A DNA stretch of 63,973 nt, the filler included, from Circinaria calcarea (taxonomy: Eukaryota): the NCBI GenBank assembly GCA_051942165.1. It is 3 parts of 3 records of this genome, joined end to end, with 100 filler letters (N's around TTAATTAATTAA, not from the genome) between each part and the next. Parts side by side here need not be neighbours in the genome. Positions count along the whole stretch, not along the records: positions 1 to 22,936 come from JAVECS010000126.1; 2 more parts are not named here. One strand, written 5' to 3'. The notes under the pieces are model-generated. The model did no database searches. It saw only the letters and a list, made by a program, of their open reading frames with translations, and was not told where the DNA came from. A program made the position numbers and the translations under genes. Shown piece after piece: positions 9,518-19,177 of this stretch. How positions within the stretch are numbered: the first letter of the stretch is position 1; every line of letters begins with the position of its first letter.

Positions 9518-11535
9518 CTATAAGTCTATGTCCACGACATCTATATAAGTGCGAATAAAAAAGTTCAGTACAGCCCAGTCTTCCGATGAAGAACCACCGC
9601 CTTCTCGGCCGGGCCTAGTAATCGAGCTCTTCATGAATGATTTACCGAATTTTGGTAGCTCTAATAAGTCGAAGGAAGTCGGCTGAGCAGTGACGAAGAC
9701 CTCTATTATATCATCGCACTGACGATGCCCTTTCTCACATAATTCACGTGGGACCGTCATGGTGAGCTTCATGCTGGATATCACTGTAGAGCCTTGGCCA
9801 TCTTTTCCTGCAGGAATGACTTTGTGATTCGCGCGAAGAAGGTTCTTTACTTGCCAATGGGGTCCCATATCATAGATGTGGAGATAGAGATCCTTGCTTC
9901 CCTTATTTTCTATCACCAGCTTGGGCCTGAGATGTTTTTCCTCGTTGTGTTTCACTTTTACCAAAGACTCCGGCTGAAAGATCCTCCCGGAACAGTCGAT
10001 GATTTGAATGCTAAAAGACTCTCGAAAGGGAATTGCTAGTTCTTTGTTGGCTAGGTTCTTGGCCATTTTGAACTTCACCAAGTGCTCCATTAGATCATAA
10101 ATAAAGCTTGCGTTCGTCTGACCAAGCGTCATGGTTGGGAGATTGACAACCTTTGAGTCAAATTCATCGAGGACTTCATATTCGTTTCACTGTTCAATCG
10201 GATATGAAATGAAAACAGTTCTTCGTCTCTGCCAGCACTGGCACCTAATGACCGTCCTTGCAGAGCCATTAGCCACTCATTCTGATATGGAAGACTGGAA
10301 TCGAGTCTGATCAGAAAGGTCGAAAGGGAACAGCGATTAAGCACCGTTGCGATCCACCCTGTTCGGACTCGGACAGACGTGTCCAGTAGTTCGACATCCG
10401 AAACCAGAGCTCTGGCTTGGGTAACCTTTGCAAGAATGGGGTCGCTTTTTGATCCTAAGTCACGCTCAGCAGAAGCCCAGGGATGCACGGTAAACTGATC
10501 GCCATCATAAATGCCATGCGCCTGGCCAGCTCCTATTTGAAGGCTACCGTCTAGCTTTTTGATGACTGAAACTGGTGCCGAACACATTCCCGGGCTGGCG
10601 GGTCCGAAGAAGGAGAGGGTTTTGTTCCCATACAAAATGGGATTCTGTTCATTTTTGCGTGCCTCCTGGGTCTCCTGGAACCTGGCACATAAGTGACGGT
10701 AGATATTCTGCCGGCTTTCGCGCACATCGCCGAGGTTTTGAAGGCTCCTCAGTAAAAACCAGGATAATACCCCGTGCCGCTGCCCTTCTTCATCCCAGAG
10801 CTCTTTTGCGATTTCCGTGGGTCCGCATGCCGTGAGGATGGTGTAGCCATCCGGATGGACTAGCCAGTTTGGCAGCATGGAAGCATTTCGGTAAACCGGG
10901 CAACTGGCTTTGGTTTTGAGGCTTGATCCAGGGGCCAAACCATATGCTGCAGGAACCTTAGGGTCGTATCTGAGATACCGAGCTGAGGAATCGTCGCGCA
11001 TGACACTTCCAGAAAAGCAGCAGTCCAAAACAAGTGTTACCGTCAATTCTTTACGCACCATATCTCCTATCAAACTCGCCAACTCCAAGCCTTCGAGATA
11101 ACGAGGGTTGGTCCCCGTCGCTCCTTCGAGCAGCACCAGCGCTAGATCTCCCGTGGAGCTATTCGGAATCCTAGTGCCGTGTCCAGAATAGTGAATATAG
11201 ATGAAGTCGCCAGCTTTCGCTCGAGACGACATCTCCTTGAGACTAGAGGTTACATTGCCGTATGTTGGCCACAACTCTGGGCTCTCGTCCGGGCCAGACG
11301 ATTCCGACACTTGGGCTGGATGAGAAGAGTCCAATCTCTCGGCCTGGTGAGAAGAATTCAAGTCATTGGTTGAGGGCGCTGTGAATATTCGAATTTGAGG
11401 AGGTTTCGACATCCCTCTTAGGTATTTTCGGATGTCTCGAACATCTCGCACGCAGCCTTTCAAAGGTTTTTCTGGATAAGCATTAATGCCGATCAAAATC
11501 GCATAATGCGTGGCGTCAGCGTGCTGGTCGTCCAT
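9518..11535 (-). CDS. Caspase-like peptidase C14 domain protein with long C-terminal extension (about 672 aa if the frameshift near 10185 is corrected; may be a pseudogene)
   Basis: HYAILIGINAY..LKGCVRDV, catalytic His (YIHYSGHG), catalytic Cys (VLDCCFSG), LTACGPTEIAKE...HGVLSWFL. ORF 9518-10132 continues the protein after a single-base frame change (..NEYEVLDEFDSKVVNLPTMTLGQ..). Confidence 0.85.
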
Positions 11536-12399
11536 TGCTGTCCGAGTGAGTTCAGCCTCAGGGTGCTTAGGCAAGCGCAGTGCCTGACGGAGGAGCAACT
11601 GCAAGATTAAAGGGCAATGCTAAGCAGCTGTAGCAGCTTACTAACAGAAAACAGAGCCTCCAAAGAAGACGACTGAGCCGAATGATAACCGCGCCTGCAA
11701 AAGGCATCAAGATTCGGTAAGCCCTGCAGGGCGCGGGAAAAGGTACCATAGATTGATTGGGCATTAATTTGTGACAAGGCTACGAACACGAATTCCATAA
11801 ACTTGGGACAGGCTGCAAACTTCCGAAGCCTCGTCGTGTCACCACAGTCGACACGAACCATTAAGCTGCTTCCAATTCTTTCTCCTCGATCTCGTCGCCG
11901 TTCTTGACGGCTTGACCGCTTTCGAGACTAAGAGTGTATACTGCTGCAGAAGGCACAGTCGCAATGACAAAGGGTCCTTCGCGAGATCCACCACCAGAAA
12001 CGCGCAAATACACGTAATCTCCGACCGTAAATCTGCTTATCTGCGAGCTGTCTTAACGCGGTACGCCCTCTTTTAGGCTGGAGCTTGCGAACCTTCATAT
12101 ACGGTATAACCTGAGAGCGGCCGTCATCATCACAGAAGGTAATCTTAGGGCTTTGATCTCTGGTACCAGACGTGAATAACACGATCGACTGCACAAAGCT
12201 AGCATTGCTTACCCTTTAGATTCGGTCATTTTTTTTTAAATTTCCGCTCAGACAGTTTGGCCGCCGTGGATATCAGTTGAGTGACCAATAGTAACCTACT
12301 AAATCATCGTCCATGATAGTGCGGTCTGGAGGGTTCTTTATATACTTCCGGATACCTGGATTTGCTGCCTAAATGCCTTCTAAGACGCCTTATTCCTTC

Positions 12400-12445
12400 T
12401 GCATTTGGGCGTGTGATGCGCATGCATTTGGGCGTGTGATGTGCA
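12400..12445. repeat. 23-bp tandem duplication TGCATTTGGGCGTGTGATG(C/T)GCA in the divergent intergenic region
   Basis: Two adjacent copies with one mismatch. Confidence 0.85.
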
Positions 12446-12637
12446 TGCATGTGGCTTTGCTGCTGTACGAACAGGGTATGCCAGTTACTATCATTCTATC
12501 TCTTGTTGCCTTGATCCTGCGCCCACCTGGCTCGAAATGTGTTATATAAACCCAATTGATAGACCAGAACTCAGTCCCACTTATCTCGTCATGTCTCGCT
12601 GCTCTTTATTTGAAAGATTGCCCTCCAAAAGATTCAG

Positions 12638-13718
12638 ATGGAGTTTTTCAAACCGTGTCTTCCAATTCGGAAACCCTCAGAACCCCTTCTTACAGGTGAA
12701 AAGGAGACGAGACAAAGTACCGATACCTCTTTTTCTAGGAATTGCTGTACTGACCGTACCGAGTCGAGGCTTACATTCCTGGATATCCCCGTTACACGGC
12801 ACTCCTTTCAGCTCATACACCCTTCTTCTTGTGCCGCCGTTTCAACAGGCTCCGCGCTCGTCTCCTTCTATTGAAGCAGGACAAACTGTCTGTTCTTGAG
12901 CAGAGGCTTGACCAGATTGACGAGCAGGAACCTTTTCGTCTCTTCCTCGGCAAGAGCCGGTGCGATGCGAATGCGGACCGATGGTCTCTTTTGTCAGAAA
13001 TTGAATCTTGTCTGGCTGACTACGGTATATTGAAGAGATAAAAGTGAAGTGTTTAAATACTAACGAAATGTAGACCAATTTACGGAAAGGACTCATCGAA
13101 TGCTGGGTTGGGACCCCGCAAAGCCAAGAGATGTACGGAGCCTGCAAAACTGGTTGAATGGCACGGGTTGTCTCGCCAGAGAAGAAGCAGCATACCTCGC
13201 ACATGGCAAAGAGCTGATTTCTTTGGCTCCATCTGGTGATAGTGCTCTGCTGCATCTTGAAGTTTGGGTAGAAGAAAAGTTGATCCGTTTCTATCGAGGG
13301 TTCCGAAAAGTAAGAGAACTCTTACTTGTTAGAGCAAGCTAACAACCGAACGCAGAGCCGTCATTATAATGTCTCTATCGATGCGAACGTGTACCTGTAT
13401 TCTGGCTCTTTGATTAAGCGGTCTGCCAGAGTATTATTGTTATTCTTGATAACTTTCCTGTTGCTAATGCCAGTCGTCATTTGCAACATTATTAGCACTG
13501 TTTCAATTCGGATAATTATTATCATGCTATCCACGATTTCCTATCTGTTCATCCTCTCTGGATTAACCCGATCAAAGACGATAGAGTTGATCCTCGCCGG
13601 AGCAACGTGAGAAATTCCGTTTAGATATGATTAGTAACTGCCAGCTAATGCGACTAATATTAGATATGCTACAGTTCTCGTCGTTTTTATCTCTGGTACC
13701 CGTGGAATTTCGACCTAG
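12638..13718 (+). CDS. DUF6594-like fungal membrane protein (5 exons)
   Basis: Spliced product reads EAYIPGYPRYTALL..FFLCRRFNRLRARLLLLKQDKLSVLEQRLDQID..SLQNWL.. followed by three hydrophobic segments ending AGATYATVLVVFISG. Proposed introns: 12717-12763, 13025-13073, 13310-13355, 13607-13663. Confidence 0.8.
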
Positions 13719-13826
13719 GACCAAGCCAGGAGGGTACAAAAGCGGGCACGAGAACGAAGCATGGATTGTGCAAGATTCTTAAAGAATATATATTCGTTAA
13801 CGATTTTATTGACAATACAACAATAA

Positions 13827-15232
13827 TGTTGACAGGGTCGATCATAATTATTTAGTACCACCCTAGTCTGGTTCATAGCAATAACGAAACGATGAAAAGT
13901 GGTGATTAGGACTCCGTGTCACGAGTTCTCCGTGAGACATGGCTGCTCTCCTGAAAATTTCAACATTCCCCCCTGTGTCGAAAAGCATGTAATGGCTTCC
14001 CAAATGCGCAATTCTTATCTTTAAGACTACGATCTACTAGGTGATGTTATAATCGTTCACTGTCGAAGGCCTTTTCTGTTCTGCTTAAAGCGCGCCTACA
14101 CGAAACGTCTATTATTGCGACCGTCTTAGCTCCTTGGTCTCAGGTCGATTCCCTGTTGCGTCTCGAGAAGGACCTGCACCAATTTTAGCAGTACCTGATG
14201 GTCAGAGACCAAGTAGCTAATGCGTGAAATCTCCATATCCACACGCTAACACTTTCGCTCGCGGTTCCCGATCGAGGTCAAAAGCTTCCATGGCAGGCGG
14301 TCGCGTGTCCCCTCGGCAAAGGAGCTTGATATGCATAAGAACCGAGATAGGTCTGTCCAGTTCCTTTCATCCTAACTAAATAAGTGGAAGAGTTGGTATT
14401 GTTGATCTATCGCTTGCGCTCTGATGTATGTAACATATGCGTCCTACACATATGATACACAAAATTTCACCCTCCCAGCTGCAGCCTGGGCATCTTGGGT
14501 GTAATCCTGGGGACTTGAAATACTTATCCTAGATCTCCCTTGCTCGTGATTGAGTTTTTTCATCCATCTTTAGTTGTAGTCTAATACAGCACCACATCTT
14601 GATGGCTTCGGTAATCAGTCTCTCATCATGCAGCTCAAGAGTCACCTTGATTGCAGAGAGGAATAGATTGCTGTATGCCTTCCTGTTCGAGGTAGGGTTT
14701 CATTGCAATGAACTCACCCCCTCCGTCGCTCCGCCGTTTGGCGCTGGCGAAGCCGTATTGGTTTCGAACCATTGGAACGAATATCTTGACCTCTGCGAGG
14801 GCTTGACTCTTCTTAGCCATTGGTATGAACCATTGATGTCAACACCTGTAGCCATTGTAGCTAGCTTCCGTATGTCAGCTGCATTGAAATGACTCAGTCG
14901 ATGGTGCCATAGCTCCAAATTCGGCTTGATAGCCGTCTTGAAGCTGGCATGATTCAGGATTTCTTCAACCATATATCGTGTGGCGTGTGCTTTGCTCAAC
15001 GTCACACAGTAGAGATTGCCTGATTGTGCACCTTCTAGTGCAACCTCGCAGTCATCCAGCAAACGTAGTTATCCATTCTTTCCAAGAAAGCTATACCCTT
15101 TTGCTTCGAAGCTTCCAAGTGATAACAGGTTGCTTTCGAGCTCAGGGCAACAGTCGACCTCCTGATCGACGCCGTCGATTTGGGCGTGTAATGTGATGGT
15201 TCCGAAGCCAGAAGCTCTGATCTTAGAGCCAT
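13827..15232 (-). mobile_element. Truncated, degenerate Ty1/Copia LTR retrotransposon (GAG-pre-integrase/integrase fragments, PPT and putative 3' LTR)
   Basis: GNLYCV...LELWHHRLSHFN (GAG-pre-integrase) and RRSDGGGEF...LEQEGI (rve). On the minus strand a PPT (GGGGGGAA, 13973-13966) is immediately followed by a 139-bp TGTTGA...TCAACA segment (13827-13965). Confidence 0.7.
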
Positions 15233-15349
15233 CTGCGAGGTAGATGTCCTCGTTGCTTTAGATGGATGGTGTGAAATAATGGACGGTAATACAGGGTGGA
15301 ATAGGCTGTATTGGCTATGGTAACTACCAGTCTATGTGTATGGACTTCA

Positions 15350-16000
15350 CTATGGAATTATATAGCAGAAAACACATAGTAAGCACTGATATCCAAACCT
15401 TATACGGGGCAATTTTAGGGGAAATTCCTTCTAATACTTCGTGATAGGCTCTATGTGATATTATCGACCATGTGTATCTGCTCAGGTTTTAGAGAATGGC
15501 GAGGACGTTTCCCAGCCAGCGTTCAATTTGAGCGAAAACCGCAAATCAACCTTGTCATCCATCAAACCCCACTTACGCTCCTAACACACAAGCTGCGGAC
15601 AAAGCAGGTATCCTTTTAAAGTTGCCATTTTAATAGTACACCTACTTCCTCTCGAGCCTTTTCGCCGGCACCAGTACTCACAACGCCAGCGACATTCCGG
15701 CATACACCCTTTCTCCTCAGCTTCTTCGATCCCGCCCCTTTCCTCCCTATCCTGATAGGGGTCTTCAGGGCATCATACCACCGATGTTCTCGCCATTAAG
15801 ACCCGGTAACCCTGATCCACCAGCCTCAGCAGCTCCACCGAGAGGAAGGAAGAAAGCAGAGGGTGGAGGGGTGAAAGAGGAAGGGGGTGGAAGGGGTTCT
15901 TGTCGCTGTAAAGGGTCGTATGACAACAAGAGATATTCATGCGATAAAGGGGGTTTGAAATGCACTAGCAAGTGCCATAAAGGCTCTCTCTGCCCAATGG
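15350..16000 (+). pseudogene. Possible Ginger/KRBA2-SCAND3-type integrase remnant (C-terminal Cys-rich motif)
   Basis: CRCKGSYDNKRYSCDKGGLKCTSKCH resembles the CxCKxxCxxxRCxCxKxxxxCxSKCH tail of these integrases (two Cys codons read TAT). A frameshifted HKLRTK-GIL lies upstream; the catalytic core is not readable. Confidence 0.4.
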
Positions 16001-16035
16001 GAAGATGGAGATTTCAAGTCACAACCCGACCCGAT

Positions 16036-16260
16036 CGTCCTGACTTTCCATCCTGACTTCCATCCTAACCTTTCATCCTAACCTTCATCCTAACCTTCAT
16101 CCTAACCTTTTATTTTGACCTTTCCATCCTAAACTTCATCCGGAAATACCATCCTAATCTTCTATCCTAATTTCTAACTCAAATTTACCGTCCTGACTTT
16201 CGACACTGACCCCTCAATCTTAATCTGACTTATAAAATTAATCATCATCCTGACATGACG
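16036..16260. repeat. Degenerate 12-13-nt minisatellite (CATCCTAACCTT / ATCCTGACTT)
   Basis: About 10-12 imperfect copies visible directly. Confidence 0.85.
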
Positions 16261-18774
16261 ACAGCAACATTGGATGGCGGCTTATTATTCTGGTTTGCCA
16301 TCCCGATCCGCGAACTTGACCCTGTGTTCTGAACTACCATCAAAACTATATAACATTCGCAACTTCCGAAAGCGCCTTCAACCACCTCTAAGCCGTCAGT
16401 CGATTAGACGGCGACTTTGTATATCTGTTTAATAATTATAAACGGCTTTGATTAATTCAGGGTCTTCGAACCCGCAATATCCCAGAGAGGATACCAACCT
16501 AGTCATATCTCGGAAACTAGCCCATCTCGACGCGACGGCCACCTAGCCCATAGGTCAACCCGTCGAGAGTTACTGATCTATTATTTATGACTGGCGGACT
16601 TCACATAATAACTGCCAGCGTATAGAGGTCAGCGATGATCATGTAAGAACGCTATATATCGGAAGATGATCTCCCAGTGCATAAAATCGCGATAGCAAAA
16701 CTGACCATTACCACATCTAATACCTAGGAACCGCACGACGAAACTGCGAGAATGCCAAATGCCTCGGAACACCCAAGCCTGATCGAAGGCCAATACGAAG
16801 AAAGGAACCGTCCGGCTGAACCCCAGTAATAGATTGAATACCAGATCTTATACAGTCCATCGCGAATGCAATCCATCGCGAGTAAGGCACGACAAGAGCA
16901 CACTCTACCTACCAGATGAAGGGTTTAACCGCGGTCAAGACAGGAGCCGCCATCATATTTGTTCCCTATAGTGAGCAAGTTGAACAGGACAAGAGCAGGG
17001 CGCCAGGAAGGACTTATCGAACACGCTTCTCAGGCCAAAGGATTTTACTACTTAGGCATGGGCCGTGCCTACATTGCGATTCCAATTGGTTACCGCCGGT
17101 GCTAGCACACGTCAATCGGTCCAGATCTATCTCGAGTTTTCCGACCGATTGTGTAGACTCATCGCCCGCTGCACAGATCAGAAACATATCACAGGTACTA
17201 TATACGTTATGGATAGTGACAGGTCAATGTGCTCATCTTTATAAAAATACATCGATAAAAGTGTCTGAAGGAACCATTATCAGTACTCCGCGACACCGCT
17301 TACGTTTGGGAACAATCAAACGAGGAAAGAATAAGATGCTAACCGCGGTCAGACAACACGAAGCCTACGCCGACCTCGACAGTTCCTTAGGGAGTCCGAC
17401 AAGCCTACGCAGCACCATCCGCTTTCGACCAGAAACACCCTTAAGTGAACCCCTACAGCTAATCCTCACTGCGGTAAAGAGTAACGAATCAAACCTTCAT
17501 AGCTCTAAAAACACGGCGGATTTCTCGACCTTCACTCTTGCCATACCTATAAAATCAAGATAGGAAGGCTAGATACCGACCAGTAATTGCAAGAGTTTCT
17601 ACCGGCCGCTAAACCACATCTCGTAATGCCCCGGCCATCAACAGACCAGCAGACTTGTCTCGGATGGAACATATTTACAGATCTCGAGCTAGAGAAGCAA
17701 AAACATAGGACTAAAAGAACGTCGGAATCTTCGGCGTGCCAACGAGATCCTCTCATCCTTTCTATACACTATGGGGTCACGAATGGGACCACCCTTAATA
17801 GTTCCAAGCATGACGCTCGACTTAAGGCTTTCACGCAATGCCTCGCCAGCACATCAACACTCGATCAATAGAATGGCTTGAGCTATATTACCGGGTAGGT
17901 CGCTTTAGAGCACCAAGTAGGATATAATATCCAACCCGCGGGTCTCGGATCCCATGGCAGTCGGGACCACGAAAGGAAGGAAGCACAGGAGGCGATGCTC
18001 GGAACGGCTGCCACTGGTCAAAACTGGCTAACGTTATAAACCATACCGCGATATAGCACGATAATGCCCACAAAGGTAGTTACAGATTTCTAGAATTTAT
18101 GTCTTGAAGCATGGCAGGAAGGACATATCATCGCATCGATTTGATGTCCTAGATGAGTACGACCAATTACTTAAAGCTTTACACTGAATCAATGCTCGAG
18201 GAACATGATACTTTGCAGATTCTGAAGTGCTCGTTGCATGCTTAGATTGTAAAGGCGCGTGTTCACATATGCATGGCTAATCGCCAATCATCAGTTTCAT
18301 CACTGAGCCAGAGCCTCCTCGAATCCATCACAACTTTGAGATGAGCGAACCGTCGAACTATGAGTGATACCACAGCATCAATAAAAATTACAACAACCCC
18401 CAAGATCTGGTTACAGCGACATTGGCGTATGCAATACCATTAAGTTCTTTCCAATCACAAATCCATGTGCTCTACCCTGCATCTCTACATCTTCCTGCAA
18501 TCTTTACTTTCAACCCCTGTTCCGTTACTCATCACACGGCTTATCCTAGCAAAGCCTCATGCATCCCTCATCAAACATATATTATTCTCGGCCTGTGTAA
18601 GTCCCTCTATCAGATTGTTAATAAACAAACCTCACCAAAAATCTAATCAAAAACGCTAAACTTGTGGTACGCATCACTAACTAAACTCAGAATACCCAAT
18701 CACACATATCATTTGCTCACTTTACCTGAAGAATAACCTATTTATGCAGCATCGGCATCCTGACAAACGAACCT

Positions 18775-19085
18775 GACAGACGGAAGCGAACCGGCTGATT
18801 CGATTCCGTGGCTCCGACACAATCTCCTGACTTTCACCCGACGCGCAAAGTCAGGATACCTACCGACACTCTGCAATAAAGGACAGAAACGAACTGGCTG
18901 ACTCAAATCAGTGGCTTCAATAGAATCTTTTAACTTTCACTTGACGCGCTAAGTGAGATATCAAACGACAGCTTGCAACAACAGACAGGACCGAACTGGC
19001 AGATTCTAGTCTGTGGCTTCGATAGGGTCTTCTGACTTTCAACCACACGCGCAAAATCAGGATATTCAACGAGAACGTGCGGCTG
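18775..19085. repeat. About 102-bp tandem repeat x3, each copy with an internal inverted repeat
   Basis: CGAAC(C/T)GGC cores at 18787, 18890 and 18992. Copy 1 has a perfect stem TCCTGACTTT (18825-18834) / AAAGTCAGGA (18847-18856). Confidence 0.8.
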
Positions 19086-19177
19086 AATTTGCTCACTATT
19101 TATCTCCTCTACACCACACGTCAGCCTAGATCTTCTAACCTTCAAGATTATCAAGAACGAATCGTATCACACCAGAC

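Noticed and set aside
6457..13718. Gasdermin or NLR (NACHT/NB-ARC) gene within the protease cluster
   Set aside because: No P-loop NTPase motif or gasdermin-like ORF was recognised near the CHAT and caspase genes.
16036..16170. CCTAA-containing repeats as a telomere or interstitial telomeric tract
   Set aside because: The unit is 12-13 nt (CATCCTAACCTT), not tandem CCCTAA, and it is internal.
16916..17563. 215-aa ORF with three LTAV(K/R) repeats
   Set aside because: No recognisable domain or coding-like composition; the repeats reflect a short DNA motif (AACCGCGGTCA), so it was not called a gene.
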